64,000 bases of DNA from Williopsis jadinii (taxonomy: Eukaryota): the NCBI GenBank assembly GCA_024346625.1, contig AP024668.1, forward strand, positions 124,001 to 188,000, given 5' to 3'. Under the pieces are notes generated by a model, which was not told the origin of the DNA, ran no database searches, and was given only the letters and a program-made list of their open reading frames with translations. The translations under genes and the position numbers were made by a program. Positions 35,601 to 46,327 of this stretch are shown one piece after another. Each line of letters opens with the position of its first letter. Position 1 is the first letter of the stretch.

Positions 35601-38600
35601 AGGCATTTAAATCTGTTGTCTACATTCCCATCAAAGATCTAGCGGTGCAAGAAGCAATGTAGCGCATCACATTATGGACAAGCAGAGAAACTACAATTAG
35701 AGCAACTGTACGTTGATGTCCCGTGGTCCGTATTGCTGACGTGGATATTTTATAGGTTAACCGAAGTGACAGACCCACTGCGTTTCTCTGGATAGAACCA
35801 CACCTGATAGGTATTCCATGGCACTAACAGTAGCAGTGGTAATAATAATCGTAAGAATAATACGGCAAATATGTGTCAGGAGTAGGTTTATTATGAAAAG
35901 GAGTTTGCTTGGTTTCGGAAGAAAGTGCCTATATAATGGACGCTCAATATGATGGAGAAGAGCTTGTTCAGCTCTGTATGTAAACGATCCACTGCACGAT
36001 AATTTTGAGGTTTCATAGCCAATGAGAATCCGTATTTTGTTTCGTCAAAGCCAGGATGTGAGCTTTTGTTGCTTTCTCTCATGCTTGGTGTTAGATGTAC
36101 AAGTTCGGGTCAACCAGCGTAACTTGTTCCAAAATACCATGACATAGCCATGTTTTGCTGTAACACAACGTTTCAAACTTGGAGAGTTTTGATGTTGTGT
36201 GCAGGGGTGAGAAGGGAGATAAAGTGGATGTTTAATTATTCCAATCCAGAGTTCGGGTTACATGGTGTCTGTACTATGTGCGTTGTCGATCAATATTCAT
36301 ATAAACGTGTTGAGGTATTGGGTAAGAAAGTTTTGCATGGCTGGGTCTATGGATACGAAATTTCACACAGCTCGGCTTACATTGATGGACATGGAATATG
36401 TATATTTTTTGGTTCAATAGGAGAGCCGTTAAGTCACACACTCTGAATGACGGATTAATAAATACGTTTCACTGTACAAACTTATTAAATTGATTCAAGG
36501 CTAGATCAACGAATCAGAGACGATGCCTTGTTGGCCATCTTGGTATCTCAGTGTACATTTGCCGTCACAGCTGTTGAAAGCAGATCCGGGATCTTCAAAG
36601 TACGGCACTGAATCATATTGTGGGTTCGTAAATCACGCTTATTTTATCTGTGTCCCCAAGGGTTTGGAGATTAAACTGTAGAGCACCTAATTAGTCATGA
36701 CTAGTCTGGTTTAAAGGTTTGAGCGGTGCAGGTGTTTTAAATTGACCAAACGTTCTCTAATTGCAACCTCCGTCTAACGGTGAAGTACTACGGCGTAGGA
36801 GACTATCACAATCTTTCGTGTCATACTGTAGCGTATCTGTAGACAGAGAGACAGAAAAGGGCTGTGAATCAACAAGAGAGCAAGTCATAAGGTCAATCAA
36901 TCCCAAACGCCGATCCTGGAAGAGCTGACGTCCAAGAAACATACACCCTCACACAAGATCTACTGACTCTGACTGCGATGGACCATTAAGACACGCAAGC
37001 ACCTTGCTTACCAAGGATTACGAGCACAATTTTGGTGTTGTGGCATATTTTGTCCTTGATACATGTCTACGCTCCGCTTAAGAGGCATCGTCCGTTAGAC
37101 CTTTGAGGAGTTGAACATGTGTTGTAGCAATTCCGCAGTTCCTCTGTGAACTAAGAGAGAATCACTGTGGAGCGATGTAGAGGTCTAGTGTCAAATAGAG
37201 GCTTTCTCCAATTCCCGTGTATTTCCGTATACATCCGTCCAATCACAGTGAGGCCTTCCAACGCACGGTTAAAGTACGATGCCACCATGAATCACAAGAT
37301 GTGCCACATTGACCAATAACGATGTACGGATGAAAAGGTAACGGTTGGCCAACGGGAAAGTACCAAAGACCCGTGGTGATACGCGTCCAAGTGACAACAC
37401 AGCAAAGTTCAAACTCTAACAAGCGCGCCGGTGCATATACGCGTGGATTTTGTCGCGTATTGCTTGGGTGTTCGGGTTAAACAACGGGCTGTGTCACGCG
37501 AGCAGTCACAACTAAAAACACACACAGACTAAAAAGTGATCAACACGGTTTCCAGGGCAATTACTGTGGCTGCACATTTTGTTTACAGTTTTTATGAGCG
37601 ATGATTGGAGCGTAGTGTTAGCACAAGCCAGTGTACGGATAGAGCGTTTTCCTTCCCCATAACAGGGTGGTGCTACTGTTCACCGTTCACCAGGAGTGAC
37701 ACGGTCATGCTACTAATCTGCATTGTCTCAAACTCTGTGTGGCACAATTATACGGCCAACGTCAATGTGGTTGTTTGGAGAAGTTGAACAAATCTGGATG
37801 AGAAATTTCGTTACCCTGGTGAAATTGTTTGTTTACTTTGTCTCACCCCCCTTTGAAAAAATTTTCCTTCTCCGTTTGCAACTTACAGTGACAACGCACA
37901 GTTTGGCAACCCCAAACACAACAACTAAGCCTCTGCCTCGATTCGCTTTACCGTCTCTTTTTCCTTGTTCTACACCGTTTGGGTAATATAAGAACAATTG
38001 ATTCCCACCAACTGACAATCTCTGTGTATTTGAATTTCTCACCTCATTTCATTCAAACGCACACCGTAGCAAAGTAGGTAGCCATAGACAAGGTGGCCAA
38101 ACCCTGAATTCACCGAGATCTCCCATTCTCCACTGGTGTTTTCTGATTGGTCAGCCGTTGCAAAAAAGTGCAATGGCACCGTCAAAAGTAGGGAAAAAAG
38201 TGCGACCCGAGTCCCAAATGGGCAACACGATTCCCGATTGGGATCTTGGAGGTCACCTGAATGGTGCGGCCGGCTGCAAATACAAGTGGAATTCTGTACG
38301 GTTGATGCACTTCGCTCAACATCACCTGGGTGGGAAAACTTTTCTTAACTATGTGTTGCTGTGGCTCCAATATTTACAGTATCCCATTTTCGGACCGGCT
38401 TGTACATTTTAGCCTTTTTCTTGTGGACTTTTTATGCATTCCGCTGCATGGTCTGCATTCCCAGGCGCTTCACGCAGTAGGAAGTAGAGGCCTACTGGCA
38501 AGAATCAACAACCCTCAGAATCTCGAGTTGATCATTCTCATACGGCCCCCCTTTTTTTCCTAACCTTTCTCTTTCCCTTTCTTCATCATCATCTCTCTAT

Positions 38601-38804
38601 TGAATTCAATCCCTTTCGTTATTTGAAGTCGAAAACACACTCCAGTCATTCCTTTTATCATTTTCAGAGTGTTCACATACGTCTAACGGGTTCTAATCAT
38701 ACAACCACAACAAACGGTACTATTGACAGAATCTTCAGAAACACCCTGTGTAAATTGCAAGAAAAGAATTACCAAACAAACACGTGAATTTCTACCAGCT
38801 ACAA
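23635..38804. other. ~15 kb AT-rich gene-free interval; candidate regional centromere and/or extended divergent regulatory region
   Basis: No ORF with recognisable protein character. Three hand-counted AT-rich lines were 20-30% GC (26881, 33841, 33901; not a regional average). Most other intergenic spacers in the window are under 0.6 kb. Confidence 0.5.
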
Positions 38805-39767
38805 ATGCTTTTCCAGAACGCTATTATTCCGATTGCTTTGGCCTCAGTTGCCCTTGCTGCTGAGCCAACGACAACTTACACGTCGACAATCTACACCACT
38901 TATACCTTGTTGACTCCTGAGGAATCTGCTGCTCTTCTCGCTGCTGAACAATCTTCCGCCAGTGCTGTGAGTGCTGCTTCCGTGGCTTCTATTGAATCAG
39001 CTGCCTCAGCTGCTTCCGAAGCTTCAGCTGCTAGTGTCCTCTCTGTCCAGTCAGCTGCTTCTGAAGCTTCAGCTGTTTCTGTCGCTTCCGTCCAGTCTTT
39101 GGCCAAAGCAGCTTCTGTGGCTTCAGAGGCTTCAGAGGCCTCCGAGGCTTCTGTCGCTTCCGTCGAATCAGCTGCTTCTGTCGCATCTGCTGAATCAGCT
39201 GCCTCCGTCGAATCAGCTGCCTCTGTTGCATCAGCCGAGTCAGTCGCTTCCCTTGCTTCAGAATACTCTGTTGCATCTGCTTCATCTGCTTCTGAAGCCT
39301 CTGTCGAATCTGCTTACTCAGTGGCATCTGCTTCTTCTTACGCTGCTGAATTGGCTTCTATCTCATCTGCCTCAGTCGCTTCAGCTTCAGCAAAATCAGT
39401 TGCCTCTGAATCATCTGTTTCAGCTTATAACGCTTCCATTGCTTCAGTCGCTTCTGTCGCATCAGTGTCTTCAGCTTTAGAGGCTTCCATCTCCTCTTCG
39501 TTGTCTTTGTCCAGAGCTAACGGTCTCTTGGCCATTGCTTCAGATGCTTCAAACTCTACCACTTCTACTTCGTTCAACACTACAACTGCTGTTCCAAGTA
39601 GCTCCCTCGAGGAGGTTACAGCTTCTTTGACTTCCATCTCTTCCTCTGCAACAGTGGAGAGTGCGTCAAACTCCACCAGTGCTTCCACTGGTTTGGCTGC
39701 TGTGCGTGAGATCCCACTTGCTCTCACGGTTGGTGTTTTCGGTATCGTCTTTGGTGCTTTGCTCTAA
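38805..39767 (+). CDS. Predicted GPI-anchored Ser/Ala-rich cell-wall protein, 320 aa
   Basis: Signal peptide (MLFQNAIIPIALASVALA), SVESAASVAS-type repeats, N-glycosylation sequons and a hydrophobic C-terminal GPI signal (STG...LALTVGVFGIVFGALL). Confidence 0.88.
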   Translation: MLFQNAIIPIALASVALAAEPTTTYTSTIYTTYTLLTPEESAALLAAEQSSASAVSAASVASIESAASAASEASAASVLSVQSAASEASAVSVASVQSLAKAASVASEASEASEASVASVESAASVASAESAASVESAASVASAESVASLASEYSVASASSASEASVESAYSVASASSYAAELASISSASVASASAKSVASESSVSAYNASIASVASVASVSSALEASISSSLSLSRANGLLAIASDASNSTTSTSFNTTTAVPSSSLEEVTASLTSISSSATVESASNSTSASTGLAAVREIPLALTVGVFGIVFGALL

Positions 39768-40269
39768 TATTCATCTTTGCCTGAACACACTACTGCTTTC
39801 AACAACATGAACTTTCAATACCCTGCCATTTCCCTCTTTTACACTTGATTTCCACCATCACGACCGTCTTCTTGCCTTTTTATATCGTCCTTGTCTTTTC
39901 TGATTTGATGCTTTCCAATATGTCCTTTCTTGGTTTATCAAACCTACTTCTAATCTCTATTGGAATACGCTCGTACTACAACTATCCTGTGTCACTTTCG
40001 TGAGTGCTCTGATCCTTTTGTTGTCTTTAGAATGCTAGCACTTTTGTCCCTTTCGTCCCAATTTCCTTTGACTTCTTCAATATCTTGACTTTTCTAATGT
40101 CAAGATTGTATTCAGCTCTATTTGTTTGATTTGTTATACCTTGCTATTTCTTTTTTATATGTGATATTTTTGTATATTAAAAGGACTTTTATTTGCGACC
40201 GCAACAACTATTAAGAACTTGTTGTAGAGAGTACAGTGTATGTATGCTATGTGTGTGTAATATAACATC

Positions 40270-41904
40270 TCATCTGCTAATCACTTGTTGATCAATAACA
40301 GCAGAGTATATGTGATTACGAGCACCTCTACCAGCGTCTATCCAACGTCCCAATCTGTGCTCCTTGGACATTGCAGCAATGACCCTGATGCTTTCCTTAC
40401 CATGAGGTCCACTCTCTGCAACATCGATTCTTGTGACGATGCCCTTGGCATTAGGCAGCTCACCCAATGGTGTAAAAGATCTCAAATTGTCCTCCAACTT
40501 CCAAACTTTGATGGTTCCATTCCAAGATCCAGAGAAGAACACGTTGGAGTAGGGAATTGCATGGAGTGAAGTGATCCAATAAGGCTGTGGCTGAGGAACT
40601 TGTTGTTCTCTTAATGCTGGATCATTCTCTGCAGAAGCCTTATCACTTGCGACACTTGGTAGCACACCATGAGCACAGTGTTGGATGAAGATTGGCTTCT
40701 TCTTCGCCAAGGACCAAAGAGATATACTTCCGTTATCAGAACCTGTAACAAAGTAGGTATCGTCAATCATAGAAACACAATCGATACTGCCCTCCGCAAA
40801 GAACTTCTCCTCATGCTCTTCTTGTTTATCATCGAGATCCATCTCATCGTCATCTCTTATTTTCTTCTTCTTCTTCTTTTCATTCTCACCACCTCTAAAG
40901 GTCAATCTCGTCTCATCGGCAATTTTCCACAACATGGCACACCGATCTCTCGATCCCACAGTGACACAACGTTCTTGTCCCAGTGCACTTATATCCGCCA
41001 CAGTGTCCTGGTGACCGTACAAGATCTCCAACTGCGCAAACTGGTTTATGCTATAGGTTCTCACCTTGAGGTCTGCGCATGCAGCGTACAGCTGATCAGA
41101 TCCACGACGGAACACAAGGCCCATAACTTCACCACGGCGATCACGAGTCTCTAACACCCTTTGACATGCCAATGCCTCTGTGCTCCATACGATGATTCTC
41201 TTGTCTCTTCCACCAGTGACGACGTATCTTCCATCAGGGCTCGCAGCAACCGTGAGAATCTCATCCGAGTGTCCATTCTTAGAAGGATCAGAGTCGATCT
41301 GTGTGAATTTCTTACCACCCTTGGTGTGTTTCAACCTCAATGGCTTCTTCTTGAAGTCGCTGATGTCCCATTTAACCAGCTCGGTATCTTTTGAAATTGT
41401 ATATGCATATGGGAATCGCACAGATAGTCCCGTCAACGCCTTCGATCCAATTCTGGTGATCGAAGGCTGCACATCTGACAACAACAGATTGTCCGCAATG
41501 AATCTGTAGACGTGGCCCTTGGTCTCTGCAACGTCTTCTTTCAGTCTCTTCGAGATGATCTCGTCGTCCAGGTCCTTCGCGTCAAAGTCATAGTCACCAC
41601 CAACCTCTTGCTTCAGGTTCTCCAAGTACTGCTTAGCCAGGCGACGACGCTTGTCAGCAGCGCTCTCACCAGCAAACTCAGCTTCACTGTCCTCGTCCTC
41701 CACACCGCTCTCGCCCCCGTCCAACGCTCCCTCATCGTAAGACACATTCCCAGCTTCATCTTCAGAACCACTGATTCCAGAGATCTCCTCATCGCCCTCG
41801 GCATCACGGCGTGCCTTCTTCGCCTGTACAGAAGCACCCTGCTTACCGCCTCTGCTTCTCTTCTTCTTCTTGCTCGGATCTCTCAGAAACGGATCCCCAG
41901 CCAT
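40270..41904 (-). CDS. RRP9: U3 snoRNP WD40 protein
   Basis: DKRRRLAKQYLENL, WD40 repeats, TVGSRDR, LTFRGG and KEHRLGRW. Confidence 0.95.
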   Translation of the reverse strand: MAGDPFLRDPSKKKKRSRGGKQGASVQAKKARRDAEGDEEISGISGSEDEAGNVSYDEGALDGGESGVEDEDSEAEFAGESAADKRRRLAKQYLENLKQEVGGDYDFDAKDLDDEIISKRLKEDVAETKGHVYRFIADNLLLSDVQPSITRIGSKALTGLSVRFPYAYTISKDTELVKWDISDFKKKPLRLKHTKGGKKFTQIDSDPSKNGHSDEILTVAASPDGRYVVTGGRDKRIIVWSTEALACQRVLETRDRRGEVMGLVFRRGSDQLYAACADLKVRTYSINQFAQLEILYGHQDTVADISALGQERCVTVGSRDRCAMLWKIADETRLTFRGGENEKKKKKKIRDDDEMDLDDKQEEHEEKFFAEGSIDCVSMIDDTYFVTGSDNGSISLWSLAKKKPIFIQHCAHGVLPSVASDKASAENDPALREQQVPQPQPYWITSLHAIPYSNVFFSGSWNGTIKVWKLEDNLRSFTPLGELPNAKGIVTRIDVAESGPHGKESIRVIAAMSKEHRLGRWIDAGRGARNHIYSAVIDQQVISR

Positions 41905-42271
41905 CGTTGCAAACCTGTTTGTTTATCTGCCTCTTATGCCCTCTACGCTGTAGTTGGGAAGAAGGCTCGGGAAATTTTTTCCCTTCAGCTTTCTCACCGT
42001 GCACAGGCTTTAGATGCAAAATTACACGGGCTCGTTGCCTTCACGGTGAAGCTAAAGGATTCAAACTTGCTGGACAGAGCACTCAGCAGAGAGAACAGCC
42101 AATGGCGTGGAAGGCTTACAGGTTTCTGGCCAGTTTGGGCGTGTGGGTGAGTGCTTGAAGCTCCGTATGGGAACTACGCCGGTGGAGGATGATTACGTAA
42201 TCGATGAGATGAGCACGGTAGGGGCCGCAGCGTACGAGATGGTATACTTAGTAGTGCGAATGGGATTCCAA

Positions 42272-43215
42272 TTATACACCGTTTTCGTCTCTTTTTGACT
42301 CCTTCAACACTTCCACGGCCGTGGATTCATCTCCGATGATGGAGTATATGCGCAGGACGTCCACGACTTCTTTGAAGGAGGCGTTGTGCGAGCGTATGCC
42401 TCTGAGATACTCGTTGAGCACAGCTTTGAATTCGTATCTGAGGATGTTGATGGTGGCCATCTTGTGCAGGACGAACTGGTACTCTGGCAGCGAAGCGACG
42501 ATCTGGTGGATTGTGAGGTATAGAGACGTTAGCTGTTTCAGAACTTCTATTTGGATTCTATGTGTGGGGAGGGGGTGGAGACCACCCAGGTTGTCAGTAT
42601 TGGATGAAGATGAGATACGGTGTTTGGTACTTACGTCTCTTTATTCTGGTTCAACAAAGTTTCAAACTTGGTGATGAAATTGTCAAGCAGAAGCATGTTC
42701 TGAGCATGTTGCTAGACGATAACAGTCAGTGTTATGTTCCCCGAGGGAATAATGCGTATGGAAACCTGTGTACATCAACTCACCTTCAACTGCTGAAGCT
42801 TTTTAATATCACTTAACGACCTTTCCACATGCTCCTTGGAGATCTTGAGCTTTGCGTCCTCGTCAACGAGTTTCTTCTTGTACTTGGAAACGTCCCCTCT
42901 CAATTGATCCACAAGTTCCTCACCTCCGTCAAGCGTCTTTCCCAGGTTTATGAAATCAAAGTAGTCGTTGTTAACCATATCGAACAGCTCCTGGTCCAGT
43001 TCAGTAACGAGTGCTTTCAGCTCCTTCTGCAGCTCGTCCAATTGACTATACCTATAATGCTCGTAGAGAAACTTGTCAACGTCAAACGGGATCTCTTTGA
43101 TGTTGGCTATAGACTGCGTTGGGTTCTCAGGATCAACGTGTAAATCCTTCAAAAAGGTATCCCTTGTGATCCTGTTTGGGTAGGGGAACGCTTCATCTTC
43201 AAAGTCGAGATCCAT
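42272..43215 (-). CDS. COG2: COG complex subunit 2, 264 aa; exons 43215-42784, 42711-42635 and 42557-42272
   Basis: FDVDKFL...RYSQLDEL...VNNDYFDFINLGKTL COG2 N-domain. Introns 42783-42712 (GTGAGT/CACTGAC/TAG) and 42634-42558 (GTAAGT/TACTGAC/TAG) join the track ORFs in frame. Confidence 0.85.
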
Positions 43216-43316
43216 GATGGGGGTAATTAGTCTCTGATCCTGCAAGAGACTCCGTCAACTGAGTGTTTGTATATCTAAGCAAGGTGTGAAATTGAGCACA
43301 CGGGTCTTATGTGTAT

Positions 43317-43396
43317 ACATCTGGACACCTAATAACCTGGACACCTAAACATCTGGACACCTAATAATCCGAACATCAAAACACCCAAACACCAAC
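43317..43396. repeat. 16-bp tandem repeat x5 (ACATCTGGACACCTAA-like), resembling Rap1 sites
   Basis: CTGGACACCTAA at 43321, 43337 and 43353, followed by two degenerate units at the same period. Confidence 0.85.
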
Positions 43397-43402
43397 ACAC
43401 AC

Positions 43403-43471
43403 ACGCGTACGCGTAAACTCGGCCAGGACGTTGGTTAAAATCCCAGCTTCTCATTGATGGGTTTTACGCGT
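43403..43471. promoter_or_regulatory. MCB elements (ACGCGT x3) upstream of CTF4
   Basis: ACGCGT at 43403, 43409 and 43466; CTF4 is a G1/S replication gene. Confidence 0.8.
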
Positions 43472-43523
43472 CATCTCCATCCAATTCGATATTCAAAGGT
43501 GATAAATCGACAAGTTCGGAAGA

Positions 43524-46001
43524 ATGGTTCAACCAGAGATAAGGAGCGTATTCTCAACGGGAGGAAACACGCGTGTTGGGTACTCCAAAGCTGGAGATAA
43601 GGTGATCGTTGCTGGTTCTCACGGTGTTGTGAGGGTGTATGAAACTGAACACGACGATGTTGAGCCAGACACGTTTGACATTGTGGATGAAGTATCCAAC
43701 ATCGCAGTCTCTGGTGGTGATAAGTTTGCGCTTGCTTCAAAGATCGGTGAAGTTGAACTGTATTCAATCTCAGGGAAGAAGAGCTTGTGCAAGATTGTCA
43801 GAAGTGCTTTGCCAATTAGAGGTGTTCAATTCACCCACGGTGATACCAAGTTGATCGCTGCTGGGGACGACGATGAGGTCCAGATCGTCGATGTGAACGA
43901 CATCACACAGATCATCAAGTTCAAAGTCGAAGACCAGGTGCATGACATATCGTATAACAAGACGAGAGACTTGGTTGCACTGTCGTTGTCCAACGGTGCT
44001 ATTGCGTTCTTCTCTCTGTCGTCTGAGGAGCCGAAATTGATCACTTCAATCAAGGGAGAAATCCCATCTTTGATATACCAGGATGACGATGAGACAACCG
44101 TGGATAATTTTGCCACTGGTCGAGTTGCATGGCACCCAAACGGCTCGCTATTTGCTGTTCCATGTGAGAATGGATCCATAAAGGTGTTTGATAGCGACGA
44201 GAATTACGGACAAGTGTACTCATTCGTCAGCTTACACAAAGCACCAATCACAGCGTTGGAATGGAGTGCAGATGGCTCGTTCTTAGCATCAGCAGATTTT
44301 GACAACAGGCTAATAGTTTGGGATCCAGATTCAAGACAACCAGAGGTTGACGAACAATTGCCCAATAAGATCATCAACTTATCATGGTCTCCTGTGGTTA
44401 ATGGTAAGCTTGATCTAGCTGCTGGGTCATTGAAAGGTGATATCTTTTATTTCAAGGAGATTGTTGAACTGAAACAGAAGCAGAACCAAAGGGCAAACAC
44501 TTCTGTACTGGATGATCTTGTTGCTGATGAGGAAGAGGGAGACCAAGGATCAGATGGAGATGAAGAAGACGATATAAATCTCTTTAGCGAGAGATCAAAC
44601 GATGGGCCTGACACTGGCGAGGACCTCAGAGACTTTGTTGATGATGACGGATTCATCGACGCAGATGACGACGCAGATGGATATGCCATTCCACGAAAGA
44701 GAACAGCAGATGACGATGAAGACGATCTATCATCAAGACCAAGGAAAAGTGCACCAAAGGTATCGTTTGGCGTACCAGCCTTGAGAAAGGTTGATTTCAA
44801 ACCCTACAGCCAAGGGTGTACACCGTACATTGGGGATCGAAGATACTTGACGATGAACTCCATTGGATACGTATCGACTGTTAAACAGGACACTCACAAC
44901 TCCATAACGGTATCGTTCTTCGACACCTCTGAACACAGGGAGTACCACTTTGATGACCTGTACGGATATGACCTTGCGGCCTTGAACAATGATGGTATAC
45001 TACTAGGATTCTCTGGCAAGGGCAAAGAAGCTAGCAGGGTCCTTTACAGACCACATAACAACGTTGCAGATTCATGGGAGAAAATCATACCTACAAAGGC
45101 CAAAGAGATATTGACCTCTGTATCTCTGAGTGACACTGTCGTCGTTGTATGCTCATCGGCTGGTTACATCAGATCCTTCTCGCTCTTTGGAATTGCGCAG
45201 TCTATTTATAAGTCATCGCCAATCATAGCATCTGCAACGAACTCCAATTACATCTTCTCTGTGTCCTTGTCCAATCAAACGCAGTTGATCTACAACCTGC
45301 AAGATTTAGAAGGCAGGTTTCTACAAAGAGATCTAGTGTTACCTGTGGAATTGGGCTCTAGCTTGGACTTCTTCAGAGGAGTGTTTTTCAGTGCATATGG
45401 AGACCCTGTAATTGTTGATAATGATGGTGTTGTCTTGGTACTTTCAAGCTGGCGTAATCCATTGCAGGCAAGGTGGGTCCCAGTGCTGGATTCCGATGTT
45501 AGGGTGCGCCAAGTTGGTGGTAAGGGTGACTTGAAAGTGTGGCCACTGGGCCTTCAAGGTGATAACTTGAACTGTATTATCATTAGAGGATCGCAGTACC
45601 CAACATATCCCCTGGCATTGCCTTCAGAGATGGAGATTAGAATACCAATGACACAGGATACAGAGGAGGACGTTGAAGACCCCGAGGAGGAGTTCCTCAG
45701 AGCCAAGACGATGGGCTCATTACTCGGCGAGACGTTGGCCAATGATGGTGAAAGCTTTGAGAATGACGAGGAGAGGCTCAACGAATACGCAATTGCCTAC
45801 GACAGGGCATTGTTGAAGCTCTTTGTCAAGGCATGTTCCGAGGAGAAGAGCACGCACGCTTGGAAACTGGTACAGGATTTGAAGGAGGATAAGGCCTTAG
45901 TGGCCGGTGCCAAGGTTGCTGAGCGTGTTGGTCTTATTGCTCTAGTGAACCGTATCAATAAGCTCAGAGAACAGAGAATGGAGGCCGAATTGTTGGAATA
46001 G
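43524..46001 (+). CDS. CTF4: Replisome hub Ctf4/Mcl1/AND-1
   Basis: N-terminal WD40, acidic linker, SepB domain (FKPYSQGCTP...RRYLTMNSIGYV...YHFDDLYGYDLA) and helical C-terminus. Confidence 0.95.
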   Translation: MVQPEIRSVFSTGGNTRVGYSKAGDKVIVAGSHGVVRVYETEHDDVEPDTFDIVDEVSNIAVSGGDKFALASKIGEVELYSISGKKSLCKIVRSALPIRGVQFTHGDTKLIAAGDDDEVQIVDVNDITQIIKFKVEDQVHDISYNKTRDLVALSLSNGAIAFFSLSSEEPKLITSIKGEIPSLIYQDDDETTVDNFATGRVAWHPNGSLFAVPCENGSIKVFDSDENYGQVYSFVSLHKAPITALEWSADGSFLASADFDNRLIVWDPDSRQPEVDEQLPNKIINLSWSPVVNGKLDLAAGSLKGDIFYFKEIVELKQKQNQRANTSVLDDLVADEEEGDQGSDGDEEDDINLFSERSNDGPDTGEDLRDFVDDDGFIDADDDADGYAIPRKRTADDDEDDLSSRPRKSAPKVSFGVPALRKVDFKPYSQGCTPYIGDRRYLTMNSIGYVSTVKQDTHNSITVSFFDTSEHREYHFDDLYGYDLAALNNDGILLGFSGKGKEASRVLYRPHNNVADSWEKIIPTKAKEILTSVSLSDTVVVVCSSAGYIRSFSLFGIAQSIYKSSPIIASATNSNYIFSVSLSNQTQLIYNLQDLEGRFLQRDLVLPVELGSSLDFFRGVFFSAYGDPVIVDNDGVVLVLSSWRNPLQARWVPVLDSDVRVRQVGGKGDLKVWPLGLQGDNLNCIIIRGSQYPTYPLALPSEMEIRIPMTQDTEEDVEDPEEEFLRAKTMGSLLGETLANDGESFENDEERLNEYAIAYDRALLKLFVKACSEEKSTHAWKLVQDLKEDKALVAGAKVAERVGLIALVNRINKLREQRMEAELLE

Positions 46002-46327
46002 AACACCGCTTAATATGAACAGAGAGAATGGCAGTTCCGGACTCACCCAGCAGTCGTGCTACCGTCTTGCACAATAGCTGAACACCAATTGAACACACAA
46101 TTGAGGATTCATACAAGGCCCATGTACCCTTAGATACACCGTGTCCTGAGTTATCCAACCAGTATCAATTGTAGATGCCATCAGACGTAGCGTAGTACCA
46201 GCTTAGCAGTGGTGGTGGTAGTGGTGTCTGGATGTATCACCAAGTGTGCTCATCTCCCGCGACACGTTGACCAAAATGAGCCAGGATCACGCTCCCATTT
46301 CGGTGAGCATTAGCGTGTATTAGACAG

